Shown: positions 25,926 through 38,559 of the stretch, piece by piece
Numbering within the stretch: the first letter of the stretch is position 1
How the letters are laid out: each line of letters begins with the position of its first letter
Origin: Octopus bimaculoides
Taxonomy: Eukaryota
Assembly: GCF_001194135.2 (NCBI RefSeq)
Contig: NC_068983.1
Span: 74,559,690 to 74,614,045, forward strand
Direction: 5' to 3'
DNA: 54,356 nucleotides
Position numbers and translations under genes: made by a program
Notes under the pieces: model-generated
Database searches by the model: none
What the model was told of the DNA's origin: nothing
What the model saw: the letters and a program-made list of their open reading frames with translations, nothing else

Positions 25926-27322
25926 AAAGATACCTTCCACCGAATTCTACAGTATTTTAAACATTTTATGAGTCATTAATTCCATGCCATTAGTGTTTTA
26001 TTTTTGTCTTTTATTATTTTGTTCCTTCTTCCACCAACTAATTAGGAATCAGATTTTCAGTTAGATTTCTATGCAGACATGATTGTACAATGAAATAAAA
26101 TTTTACTGCAAATACCGTAGAAATGGGCCTATTTTTTTAAATACAATTAATACCTTATTCTATTTACTTTTAATCGCTTGTTCAAATGCAATCCACTCAT
26201 AGTCCTAAAATGAACAATATTTAAGTTATGATCTCCAAGATTAACCCATTGTTAATACCAATATGTTTTGGCCGTACTGGTATTTAGAGAGAGAATTAAG
26301 TGACACCTAACATCTCGTGGTTTGAAGGGAACAATTTATTCTTTTCTACTCTAGGCACAAAGGCCGAAATTTTGGGGGATAGGGCCAGTCGATTAGATCG
26401 ACTCCAGTACGCAACTGGCTATTTGTCATTCATTCAATTATTACATTAGCGTTGTAAGCTTTTCCACCTTAAAGTTATATTTCCGCCTTTCTTTTCTAAG
26501 GAGAATCCCTTTCTTTTCTATTATCAGACTTCCAATACAAGAATTAAGATCCTTCATAAGTATTTAAGCTCATCTTCCAGTCGTCTGTCTTATCATGGTT
26601 GATTCGTCATATTGTTCACTTATTCTGATTTCCATCTTACTGAACAAGCACCCTTCGCATAACCGCGATGATGTATGCTGAAAATGGTTTTACTACTCAT
26701 CAAGTTTCAGAAGTTTTCTTCTGATATTACTCAAATTTCTACATCACAGATTAGATGGAATTTGTTATTCCATTTTCCGAAAGATCACTTATAATTTCTT
26801 TCTCAATGTCTTATGATAATCTGCTGGTTTGAATAGCGTTGTAAGCATCATCATTTACATGCTAACATGATGTATTTGACGACTCAAGTATTTTGTCAGT
26901 ATTATGTCTGCATCTTGATTGAGTAGGAAATACTTAGTTGTTTGAGAATAATTCGCTTCCCCTCAGCTAACTGGACATCTGAATCACATTTTTTTCATCA
27001 TTACTTTCACATGTCACGTTGTATTGATAGCATATCTATGCAGTTTTCTTTCATCTTTCTTTATCACAAATATTCGTTCGTCAACTTTTCTTCTTGATCC
27101 TGACAACGCTTTTATATGATTCTTGAGTCCCGTTTTCTTTGTCACGAGCAGATATCATTTTCACTTTTCGTCTTACCACGTTTTCGCCAACCGTATTACA
27201 CATGCATACATTCATTTCATCCATACACTCATATTACACCTGTGCAAATACACATACTCATAAAACGTACATATAAATGTACATACACACAAACACACGT
27301 GCACGCGAACACGCACACACAC

Positions 27323-27368
<46 letters not shown>

Positions 27369-27649
27369 GCACGTAAATGGTATATCTTACCACTTACCAA
27401 CAAAACCGAGTACATGAAACTCATTATATATACATTATACACACATACACACACACACACAAACACATACACACAAACACATACACACACACACACACAT
27501 ACACATAATGGCATGCATGCATACATACATGTATACATACATGTGTATACTAGGAATGCTTTTAGCAGTTTCCTCTCCTGGGTTTAATTTTTTCTGTTTT
27601 TATTATTTTTTGTCAAACTTTTCTAACCAATTATGTTAAAGCTGTTATT

Positions 27650-28585
27650 TTATAAGGAAAATGCTACCTTATTTAAACCTACTACACCCATTATCTCCTT
27701 TCTATCACTCAACTCCGAGTTTAATATTAAGTTGCCTATTCTACTGTAACCTTCCTTAATTTTCTCCCTGATTTCTGTGAGTTGCATTTTAACTGTTTCA
27801 TCTCTTTATTCTTATAGGTGGTCTTCGTTTAAACTTTGCACAATTTTTAGCAAGATAATCCCTGTAAATATCTTCATACATCCATATAAAGTATATCACT
27901 TATACTTTTTCCTTAGCATCTGAACGCTATGGTAGTATTCTCCGACAGATTTTTTATGAAATCACTTCTAGACTAAAGTGCAATTGGCATAATGATTCCC
28001 TCCAAAGATACCGCTTCGTATGTACATAGCTCTGCCCTTATTTATCTCTTATCTGTCTTGTTGTTGGTATGGCTGGGTTTTGTTAACGATAGCATTGTTA
28101 AAATAGACTGTATCGTATTCTTGAGAGCGGCATGCTATCAAATAAATCATTCGATAATTAAGCCAAGACAAGTTAAATTTTGCTTTCCTCCTTTTACTCC
28201 ATTATATTATCGATCTTTGACTAGATATTATTCTTTATAACCATAGATTCCTTTCTAGCACTTGCTTTTCCTGATGCACTACACTGTTTAACCGCTAAAT
28301 TGAACAGTATCGATGTCAGAGTTTTCTATTTTGTTGGCAAACAACAGATTATAGAAACTATGGAAGCCTATAACATTGTGAGTATCTAGTTTCTTTACTT
28401 TAGAAGATTTGTTTGATTTTCCTCTACTACTATTGGTGTTGATTGTGGACTGCTTATCCATTTTTCAGTTCATTGAATGTAGTTGCTATATACCGAACTG
28501 TACTGATCGTTAGGGATATTTTAAAGCCCAGTTGCCTGGAAGTTTTAATGTGTTAGGGAATTCCTTGTTGGTTATAGTGGACCAA
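27650..28585 (-). mobile_element. Degenerate R4/Dong-like RT fragment (RT core)
   Basis: Minus-strand remnants in order: EQK.CRKGIYGYKE-like, AWLNYR..FDSMP-like, IRSGIF.G, ILYMD, EIREKIKEGYSRI..ILNSEL; many stops and frameshifts. Confidence 0.65.
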
Positions 28586-28588
28586 TGT

Positions 28589-29050
28589 TGTTGGCACTCC
28601 GTCGCTTACGACGTCGACGGTTCCAGTTGATCCGATCAACGGAACAGCCTGCTCGTGAAATTAACGTGCAAATGGCTGAGCACTCCACAGACACGTGTAC
28701 CCTTAACGGAGTTCTCGGGGATTTTCAGCGTGACACAGTGTGACAAGGCTGACCCTTTGAATTACAGNNNNNNNNNNCCCTTAACGGAGTTCTCGGGGAT
28801 TTTCAGCGTGACACAGTGTGACAAGGCTGACCCTTTGAATTACAGGCACAACAGAAACAGGAAGTAAGAGTGAGAGAAAGTTGTGGTGGAAGAGTACAGC
28901 AGGGTTCGCCACCATCCCCTGCCGGAGCCTCGTTGAGCTTTTAGGTGTTTTCGCTCAATAAGCACTCACAGCGCTCGGTCTGGGAATCGAAACCGCAATC
29001 TTATGACCGCGAGCCCGCTGCCCTAACCACTGGGCCATTGCGCCTCCAGT
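28589..29050 (-). mobile_element. SINE family A, young copy (70-bp duplication around a 10-N gap)
   Basis: Reverse complement GGAGGCGCAATGGCCCAGTGGTTAGGGCAGCGG..GGTTTCGATTCCC; colinear with 72-447. Confidence 0.9.
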
Positions 29051-29169
29051 GGACCAATATATGGGCACTATTAAACTTTTTTTCTCCTATTTTATACTTC
29101 TACCTTTGTTTTAAAACAGAAAACTGTTTTATACGCGTTTTGCGCTTATTCTTATAAGTGTCCTAATAA

Positions 29170-29745
29170 TTGTCTACTCTATATTTATGTCGTCCTACAG
29201 CAGATGTTTCACAATAATTTTCTAGTTGTATGAGACATCATACTACACTATATTGGTGATAAATATTACCTTTCTACATCAACATTTTGCCGGCGTATTC
29301 TAAGTGTTATTATTTTTCTTGTTTTTCCCTGTATAGTTTAGCTAATTTACTTATCGTCCAGTCGAAGCTATTATAAATATAACTCACTGGTGGGACAGCC
29401 TTTAGTATTTTAAGTATTAATCTAATGCATCTATAATAATTCTTTCCTAAAATTCCCATTATTTTAGTGAGCCGTATACTGTCTAGTTTATTCATTCGTA
29501 CGTATTTGTAAGTCTGTGTTTTATCTAATTCTATTATCTCTATATTATTTTTTCATCTTGCATTGACATTAGCATTTTCACTTAATTTTCCTCACTTCAA
29601 CACTGCCTTGGTGCATTTTTCTAATTCGAATTCTAAAGAAAATCTCTAGCAAGTCGTATTAATATCTGTAACTGTGTTTAGATGTTTATCATTGACTGCG
29701 TATAAAATGTGCTCATACATATGAACGAAATGCGTGATTGTCCTC
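29170..29745 (-). mobile_element. Degenerate R4/Dong-like fragment (post-RT-core region)
   Basis: ELDKTQTYKY..KNYYRCIRLILK..AVPPVSY..DWTISKLAKL..KTRK matches the YKYLG..KEY.RR.RLILK..AVPV..W..L.KLD.KTRK segment. Confidence 0.7.
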
Positions 29746-31054
29746 ACATAGCGTTTCTATTCGTTCTTAGTTTTGTTTAAGATGTTTGTGAAAAGTATTT
29801 ACACCCATCTACTGTTTAATACTGACAATTTTCTTGAGTAATTCACTTTCGTACTATCCCCAATGTGTTGAACATTTATTGCCAACAAAAGAATTCATCA
29901 TAATCATCATCGTCATCCTCATCCTATTGGACTTATATCATGCAAGTTATGTAATTCAGGTGGAATGCTATTAGTTACACTAAAGCAGCTCCCATCTTTT
30001 ATTTCCCATCAAAACAAATATTTTAATTGTTGAGATTGTAATGTTTAATTTAGTGGCAGAAAAGCAATGAAAACTTTAGTGGTACGTGTGCCTTGAATAC
30101 AGAGGGTACGTAGTTCAGGTGTCATCTATTCTATACAGCGAATTATCAGGTAATACCTATATCTGGATTCACTTTGAGACACGTCATTAATAATGTCGTA
30201 TTTACATATTTCTCCGAATTCCTACATTTGTGGTCTAAAAGCAAAAGTTTCAGTATATTATTCTCTTCATTATTGACAAACTGGATGTGCAGCCTACATA
30301 AATGTCATATTTACTAGTCGATGAATACTGCAATTAACAAAGGGAACTGAATATATACATTGTTTGCGAGAAAATGAATGTATGTCGTAAGAATGAATAT
30401 TAGTAGAAAGACATTTAAGAAGAGCTACAAGTTATCATTTATGCATACATCTTCAGTCAATGTAGAAAAAAAAAATAGCTAAAATTCCCATGCTACTTCT
30501 ATTTGAAAGCATTACTAATGCATATCACTAAAGCTTTGGTTCTGCAGAGGGTCTCAAGTAGAAACAATAGCTGCGATTTAATGCATGGGTGCAGACATAT
30601 CTGTCTAATTAAGAAGTTCATCTTGCAATTAAATGGTTCTAGCTCAATATCACTGCATAGTATACAAGATAAATGCTTGAAAATCGAACTGTTTGGAAGC
30701 CCGTCAGAAGGGAGTATCATTGTTCTTAAATGACAGACATTTGTTGCCCCATTGAAAACAAGCATCTAGTTCTTTGTTACTTTTAGCAGAGCCCACTGTG
30801 TTCCGATCGGAGGACATCTTCCTCTTTTTCTTGTTTTCAGCTCTCATCTGATGTGAAAAGTGGTATGAATGAGGTCCTTACCTCTTATTCAAAGCAAGAA
30901 AAGAAGACAGAAATTTATTAACAGCACACCCTTGCATCTAGTTTCATTCAACAAAGTTTATGACCCAGACGGGCAGAGTTTAGCACTCAGACAAGTTTTC
31001 TTACTCTTTTCCACCCAAGTATTTTTCTCATGTTATATGCTATTATTTTGAGAA

Positions 31055-31250
31055 AGTAGAATCGTTAGAGCGTCGAATAAGTGCTTTGTGACACATGTTC
31101 TAGCTTCCTACATTCTGGCCCCAAATTCTGCTGAGGTCAACTTTGCTTTTCATTCCTTCGATATCGATAAAATATAGAATTATTCGAGTACTGGGGCGAA
31201 ATAATCGACAAACCCCTTCTCAAAACTGCTGGTCCAAATCAAAAATCATT
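31055..31250 (+). mobile_element. SINE family C, diverged
   Basis: GAATCGTTAGAGCGTCG..AAATTCTGCTGAGGTCAACTTTGCTTTTCATTCCTTCGATATCGATAAAAT. Confidence 0.75.
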
Positions 31251-32252
31251 ATTTATAGCTGATTTAGCTTCGAGAAATATCGTTAATAAAGACCTATTTG
31301 CACGTTTATCAACTCTTCTACATTTACGTTCTAAATGTAAACGTTTTAGGTTAGAAATCAGTGGTGATGGTCTCACCATTCTGGAAAGCTGGGCAAAGAT
31401 CGGGTTTACCACCCGCCAATTCCCGTACTTTTGAATAACTTCATAGAAGAAAACAACGACTGAAAGAAACGGCTTTTGAATATTTTGACTAACCGAAAGT
31501 TCTTAAGTGATTTTATTATTAAACTAAAATAAAGATTCGGATTTAACTTTTCGTTGTTTGCTAATTAATTAAGATAGGTAGAAATTAAATTTGGAGTCGA
31601 ATTTCTGCTTTCGTTTAGGAGACAACTAGCTAGGGTATATTTAAAACGAGAACAATTAATTCATAATTACTTGGGGTGAGAAGGGCACCTCTCTTGTAGA
31701 TTATACACGCTGGTAAATAAACGTACGCAAAAGCAAATATAGTTTAACCACATAAATGATAAATTTTCCTTCTCTCTAAGCTTACAGTTGTAATCAATAA
31801 CTAATCAATATATTAGCACATTTAGATCTACCACAGTAAACGTGAACAAGAACTAAGCTATGTATTTGTAAACAAAGTGAATAATATAGATCTAACATAT
31901 TTTCTGATTATTGCGTGGTTTGAACGGGTACGTGTAAATATCTATGTCTCTATGCATATATATCTATATATGTATATGTGTATTTGTATGTGTGTGGGTG
32001 TATTTAATACGACTCGTGCTGTGCCTCGCAACAGTCTGCCTATGCCGTTCATGTCTGCTACTGGGCAGTCATCTGCTTTTGTCAAGATTGTGTGCATCAG
32101 AAACACTGATTAAAAACTCTATTGTTTGGTAACCCGAAACATTGTGCCTTAAATCTTTTTCTTTTTTTTTTTTCTCTTTTTCACATTCAGTATTTTCGTT
32201 ATAGTAATCACGAGGCATCTCCATAAAAATTCTACACACACACACACAAATA

Positions 32253-32420
32253 CAGGCGCAAGCATGGCTGTGTAGTCAGATGCCTGTTTTTCCAACCGCA
32301 TAGTTTCGGGTTCAGTCCCACTGCGTGGCACCTTGGGCAATTGCCTTCTACTATAGCCTCGGGACGACCATAGCCTTATAAGTGGATTTGGTATACGGAA
32401 ACTGAAAGAAGCCCGCCGTA
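32253..32420 (+). mobile_element. SINE family B, 5' half
   Basis: GGGTTCAGTCCCACTGCGTGGCACCTTGGGCAA..GAAACTGAAAGAAGCCCG. Confidence 0.85.
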
Positions 32421-32459
32421 TATATATATAATGATGATAACAAAAATAATAATAGAATC

Positions 32460-32748
32460 TCTCGTTGGCAGACGACGTATGAGGGGTCGGCAATTTCTTG
32501 CCTAACAACCACACGGATGATTTGTTTATAGTGATTAAATGTTTGCGTACACATAAGCTCACTCCCGCCATCAAATCGGCATTACCTGAACAGGTGCACC
32601 GTTTGCTACATGTCAGGTGATGAAATGATTACAGAGCAACGTGAAATGAAGTGCTTTGTTCAAGAACACAACGCAACGCCCAATCTGGGAATTGAACCCA
32701 CGATCTCGCAATCGTGAATGCAACACCCTAACCACAAAGCCATACGAC
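32460..32748 (-). mobile_element. tRNA-derived SINE, diverged
   Basis: Reverse complement head GGCTTTGTGGTTAGGGTG..GTGGGTTCAATTCCC then TTCTTGAACAAAGCACTTCATTTCAC. Confidence 0.7.
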
Positions 32749-32789
32749 TATATGTGTATGTATATATACATACCTGTGTATGTGTGTGT

Positions 32790-32965
32790 GTGTGTTTTTG
32801 TGTCTGTGTTTGTCCCTCCATCACCGCTTGACAACTGGTGTTGGTGTGGTTCGGCGAAACAGTCCGATAGAATAAATAAGTCCTGGGGGCGATTTGCTTC
32901 ACTAAAACCCTTCAAGACGGTGGTCCAGTATAGTCGCAGTCAAATGACTGAAACAAATAAAAGAA
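32790..32965 (+). mobile_element. SINE family B, 3' half
   Basis: CGCTTGACAACTGGTG..GATAGAATAA..AAGTCCTGGGG..CAAATGACTGAAACAAATAAAAG. Confidence 0.8.
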
Positions 32966-33211
32966 TCAAAAAATATATAAATAGGTTGACAAATTTCAAA
33001 AGTAAAAGTCGATTTCGTATTGTTAGGACGTAGGAGCCGTTGAACTGATCTATCGCGAGCAGATATCATATTGTTCATATGTTCCATGCACTCTTGACCG
33101 GTTATCAAGAGCAATTATCATATTTCTTTGAAATTCTGTTTTCTGGTGGGTAATTCTAACTATCACCTCATATATACATATCTACACACACCAATACACA
33201 CAGAGACACAC

Positions 33212-33251
<40 letters not shown>

Positions 33252-33617
33252 ACACAAAAACACACGCGCACGCACACAAGAAAGTATACTTGTCCTTCTG
33301 ATTGAATACAAGACTAAATAAATGAAACATGGATTCTGACATTGTAAAGTATAATCTATTTATGATAACTGAATATGTAGATTACTGATTAAGCTTCGTC
33401 TTGTTGCTGGTTGTATTAATGAACAACTGAATCAAATATCAAATACCTATAAGTGTGTATAGTTGGGGTTTAATTGGTAAAGTATATAAATATATATAAA
33501 GCAGAACTATCGCTTTCTAAAACATACTGAATGGAAATAGTGGATTTTCCAGGTAATTTCAGTACTGAGAAACTCTTAATTTATATACTTATAAGTTATT
33601 ATTGTAAATACGACCCA

Positions 33618-33832
33618 GCTTCAAATTTTGTCACACGAGCAGTCATTTTGGTGGGAGGGAATGAGTCGATTACATCGACCCAGTGTTCAACTTGTACGTT
33701 TTTTTATCGACTCCGAAAGGATGAAAGGCAAAGTCGACCCCGGCGGAATTTGAACTCAGAACATAGTGACGGGTGAAATACCGCTAAGCATTTCGTCCGC
33801 GCGCTAACAATTCTTTCAGCTCCTCGCCTTAG
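33618..33832 (-). mobile_element. SINE family C, young copy
   Basis: GTCGATTACATCGACCC..GAAAGGATGAAAGGCAAAGTCGACCCCGGCGGAATTTGAACTCAGAAC. Confidence 0.9.
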
Positions 33833-33859
33833 GCTTATATGTAATAATAATAAATAGTT

Positions 33860-34266
33860 ATAGGCGTAGTAGTGGCTGTGTGGTAAGTAGCTTGCCTACC
33901 AACCACATGGTTCCGGGTTCAGTCCCACTGCGTGGCATCTTGGGCAAGTGTCTTCTACTATAGCCTTGGGCCGACCAAACCCTTGCGAGTGGATTTGGTA
34001 GACGGAAACTGAAAGAAGCCCGTCGTATATATGTATATATATATATATGTATGTGTGTATGTTTGTGTGTCTGTGTTTTTCCCACCAACATCGCTTGACA
34101 ACCGATGCTGGTGTGTTTACGTCCCCGTAACTTAGCGGTTCGGCAAAAGAGACCGATAGAATAAGTACCAGGCTTACAAGGAATAAGTCCTGGGGTCGAT
34201 CTGCTCAACTAAAAGGCGGTGCTCCAGCATGGCCACGGTCAAATGACTGAAACAAGTAAAAGAGTT
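33860..34266 (+). mobile_element. SINE family B, full length, with internal TA/TG microsatellite
   Basis: tRNA-like head (GTGGCTGTGTGGTAAG..CCGGGTTCAGTCCC), conserved core, internal (TA)/(TG) tract at about 34026-34075 and complete 3' half. Confidence 0.9.
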
Positions 34267-34289
34267 AACCTGACCATACAGCGTTCTGA

Positions 34290-34630
34290 CTTGCATGGCT
34301 CAGGGGTTTAGAGCGTCGGGCTCACAATCATGTGGTAGTGAATACGATTCCCGGACCGGGCTGTGTATTGTGTTCCTGAGCAAGACACTTTATTTCACCT
34401 TGCTCCATTTCATTTAGCTGTAGAAATGAGTTGCGACGTTACTGAATGAGTTGCGACGTGCCAAGGTTTATCGGCGGTTGGTGTTCCCTTGGATAACATT
34501 GGCGGCGTGGCGAGGGAAGTCCAGCATGCATGGGCGACTGTTGGTGTTCCATAAACAACCTTGACTGGATTTATAGTTTAAAGGGGAACTCTCTAGTTGC
34601 ATTCCCATGGTAGTTCATGACCGAAGTGTG
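34290..34630 (+). mobile_element. SINE family D
   Basis: GGCTCAGGGGTTTAGAGCGTCGGGCTCACAATCATG..GATTCCCGGACCGGGC..CTGAGCAAGACACTTTATTTCAC; homologous to 5113-5232. Confidence 0.8.
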
Positions 34631-34684
34631 TCTATCCTTTACTCTTTTACAGTGTTGTAGGTAAATTACTGTAGTGCATTGTTA

Positions 34685-34970
34685 ATGATGCGAAAGCACG
34701 TGACTTAGTCGTTTGGGTATTCGGTTCGCGATCGCAAGGCCATGATTTTGTCCCCCGGCGCGTTGCGTCCTTAAGCTAAACATTTTATTTAACGTTGTTC
34801 CAGTCCATTCAGTTAGCAAAAATGAGTAGTACCTTTATTTCAAATGGCCTGCCTTGTTACGGGGTACGCGTGTCTGTGGAGTGTTCAGCCACTTGCACGT
34901 TAATTTCACGAGCGACTGTTCTGGTGATCGGATCAACTTGAACCACCGTCGTCGTAACTGACAGAGTGCT
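34685..34970 (+). mobile_element. SINE with D-like head and family A tail
   Basis: tRNA-like head followed by GTGTCTGTGGAGTGTTCAGCCACTTGCACGTTAATTTCACGAGC..CGTCGTCGTAACTGAC. Confidence 0.75.
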
Positions 34971-36439
34971 AGGGAATTAATGAACTAAAAAGATGGAATG
35001 CAAAGTTTAACAGAATAAACTATTTGATATTTACTGTAGTGAAGTCACGAGGCCTAGTGTTTAGAATTTTTGGCTCCTGATAGTTAGGTCATGAGCCTAA
35101 TTTTTGGACAAGGTAGTACGTTGTTCTTAAACAAGACATTTAATTTCACGTTATATTAGTGTAGTCAAGCTAAAAATAAGTGGGAGTGGCACATTGGCGT
35201 TAATCTCGCGACTGGCCTGCGTCTCGTTTAGCGAGGAATCTTAAATTCTTAGCTAAAACAGTTTGAAAGTCCGGAATAAGATTCCGACGTATGGAAACTG
35301 CAGGCTCGAGTGAGACTTGTTTAGTTGTTAAAGATATTGTTATCTAAGATGTAAAGTACTTAAATAGAATGGAAGGGCTACTTGACTGTGGGCTGTGTTG
35401 CTATTGTATTTGCATTTAATGCAAAATGAGAGAACAAATATGGCAGTATTAGAGATGCTAGGCTGGTTATCAAATATAGCGTTAGAAATGTATAATGCAG
35501 AATGTAAAGTGAACGTGTCTTTCAAAGGAAAATTGAGGATTAACTATTAGTATAATGTGTATCAGCTCAAGTTGAAATTACTATTTAAATTATAGATGTT
35601 TTAGAAAATATTCGGATATGCTGTTGTAGTTTAGGGGTAAATTGACTACAAGCCGTTACTTAGGCGTATGAAACAAGAATAATATGGAGAAATGTAAGCT
35701 TTGTCTCTATTAATGGTAAACCATTAAATCATTAGTCAGGATTAAGGGTTAATTACAATACAGAGAACTGTATGACTATATTTTAGACTAGGATGTATTG
35801 ATATTAAATAACTAATCAACTGTATATCTAATAGGAAGACTGTTATATATTAATTAATTTGAGATATCAAAAAAGATCAATTTCATTTAATGATCTTTTA
35901 TAAAAATCAAAAAACAAAATCATATTTAACTGCAAACCTATTACATGAATTCATAATTAGCATCCATAGACACAAATCTAAAATATAATTATACCGTTCT
36001 CTAAAACAATACCCTTGCAACATTCATTATTTTATGGGATTCTGAAATTCAAAGTTTAAAAATTTTCTTTGTTTAATGTTTATTAACAAAATATGCAGTA
36101 TTCTAATTACACGATAAACTTCACTAACGGTTTATACCGAAGTTATTACTAAATTCCGAAATCCAGCCTAATTGTATATATTTCCTCTAAATTAGTTTTG
36201 TATCACATAGAATTTCCAGCTTGATCTGACACTTTTAATACATAGGCAATTAACCTCCATTTATTCTTCGCAAATCCACCTTACATTCTACATTATATCA
36301 TCAAAAACTAATGTAGCATCTGTGCAGGAACGATATTTATTTTTCAAAGAGATTTATCGTTTCAGTAGATAACAGGTCGAATAAACACACACACACACAC
36401 ACACACACAAACATACATATATATGTGTGTGTGTGTACG

Positions 36440-36519
<80 letters not shown>

Positions 36520-36552
36520 CGTATACACACATGCACAAGCATACATACATAT

Positions 36553-36780
36553 TTACATTGGTTTCAAATTTTGGCACAAGGTCAGCAATTTCAGAGAAAG
36601 GGTAAGTCGATTACATCGACCACAGTATTTAAAGTATTCAACTGGTACTTATTTTTATTGTTCCCTGAAGGATGGAAGGTAAAGTCGACTTCGGTGGAAT
36701 TTGAATTCAGAACGTAAAGACGGACGAAACACCGCTAAGCATTGTGCCTGGCGTGCTGACGATTCTACCACCTCACCACC
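36553..36780 (-). mobile_element. SINE family C
   Basis: AAGTCGATTACATCGAC..GGATGGAAGGTAAAGTCGACTTCGGTGGAATTTGAATTCAGAACGTAAAGACGGACGAAAC. Confidence 0.9.
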
Positions 36781-36833
36781 TTACATCCATCCATTCATCC
36801 ATCCATCCATCCATCCATCCATCCATCCGTCCG

Positions 36834-36870
<37 letters not shown>

Positions 36871-36893
36871 ACATACATACATATATATATATT

Positions 36894-36932
<39 letters not shown>

Positions 36933-36938
36933 ACACAA

Positions 36939-36986
<48 letters not shown>
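36781..36986. repeat. Compound microsatellite (CATC)n-(TATC)n-(TA)n-(CA)n-(TA)n
   Basis: Direct reading. Confidence 0.95.
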
Positions 36987-36990
<4 letters not shown>

Positions 36991-37169
36991 GACTTTGTTT
37001 TACAAGGGGGCGAATAGAAAGGAGTTGTTTTTTCTTAAGTATATATGATCCAAGCGTTCACCAGTTTTGCACTAATATCGATTAACGGTACTAGAAATGC
37101 TAAGATTTCCATCATTTTCGATATAGGAGAAAAAAGTTAAAAAATTCAAAGGAAACGGAGAATACATAT

Positions 37170-38411
37170 ATAGATTAATCAATTTATCATCATAGTCCAG
37201 TCAAATTAAAAAGTTCATTCATATTACCTACGCTGCGTTTCGGCTGATGGCTGTCCTTCATATTTCCACTTTTAAAGAGCATTGTGAAGTTTTAAAAAAT
37301 GCAAAAATACTCCTCAGAGCATGGTTGATTGATATTTTTTCACATTCAAACGGATGTTACTTTTATTTTTTTTTACTTCATATCAACACCATTATTTACT
37401 TATGTTTGTAAAACTTATATTAGTTACTAGTAAATATAATTATTTATTCAAATATTAGTTGATACCTTGGGTTCATAATACCTATTTGTCTATTTAATTT
37501 ATAGTATAGACGCACGATTCATAGGTATTATTTATACGGTGTTTATTTTAACCATATCTATTTAAATTTATTGAATGTATATTTAACTTTATGAGCTATT
37601 CATAGGTATTATCAACACAGTGTTTAATTTGACCCTATCTATTTAAATTTATTGAATGTATATTTAACTTTATGAACACGACTGTCCCTCTTTCCCTCTT
37701 GTTGTTGATTAATTTACCTGTTAATGTAAGAATCTGGTAAATTTCTTCGACGCAAATTTCACATCTCTATGCTATACGATTTTGCTCGACTTACGTGGGA
37801 AATAATTAGCCGGGCAAAATCGTATAGCATAGAGAACAAAAGATGTGGGATTTGTGTCGAAGAATTAGGTACATACCTAGAGTTACTTTATTTTATCAAT
37901 AATAAGGGCGTATAGGAATATATTATAGACATGCTGAATAGTATAAAAAGTAGGGGCAGGTCTGTAAACCTAAATAGTTAATCAGTTTGGCCAAATGGGT
38001 GGAATAAGGACGTAGAGGAATATGTTATGGACATACTAAATAGGATGAAAAGTAGAGACAGGTTTGTTAACAGTTAATCGGCGCTACCAAAAAGTGGAAT
38101 AGTAACATGACCTAGTTCTTTTGAACCATGCCCATTCGTTGTCCAGTAATGTCAAGCAAATCAAATTTATCTATTTTTAGAACAGAATCCTAGACGCACA
38201 TGCTACAATTCAATCAGAATAAACTCTCCATTTGTTAGGATGTGAAAAATATCAGCCAATCATGCCCCGAGGAGGCTTTTTGCTTTTGCTAACTTCATAA
38301 TGCACTTTAAAAGTACAAATATGAAGGATAACAATCAACCGAAACGCAGCGTAAGCAATATGAATGAACTCATTAATTTGACTAGACTATGATAATAAAT
38401 TGATTAATCTA
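37170..38411. mobile_element. Non-autonomous fold-back/TIR element: about 190-bp terminal inverted repeats (TIRs), central hairpin, internal tandem subrepeats
   Basis: 37170-37360 aligns to the reverse complement of 38220-38411 (TAGATTAATCAATTTA..); central inverted repeat 37743-37791/37808-37864; TA-rich flanks. Confidence 0.8.
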
Positions 38412-38440
38412 TGTATGTATTCTCAGCTTTCTTTGAATTT

Positions 38441-38499
<59 letters not shown>

Positions 38500-38559
38500 T
38501 GTATACAAATAATGTGGACCTTATCCATAATGTGAAGGTGTCACTAACAGCGCTCACAG

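Noticed and set aside
28698-28845. 70-bp direct repeat on either side of a 10-N gap
   Set aside because: Identical sequence flanking a minimal gap within a SINE is typical of an unmerged contig overlap.
28960-29050. tRNA-like sequences at SINE heads (also 72-140, 5113-5180, 33860-33930)
   Set aside because: No intact acceptor stem or terminator, and they continue into shared SINE bodies; these are SINE heads, not tRNA genes.
30780-30990. Possible ancient RTE/L2-type RT remnant (HC..FRSE.. and F.KVYD-like motifs)
   Set aside because: Requires several frameshifts; similarity is too weak to support by eye.
31960-32130. GC-richer unique stretch open in several frames
   Set aside because: No consistent splice donor or recognisable domain; could be regulatory, but nothing in the sequence supports a call.
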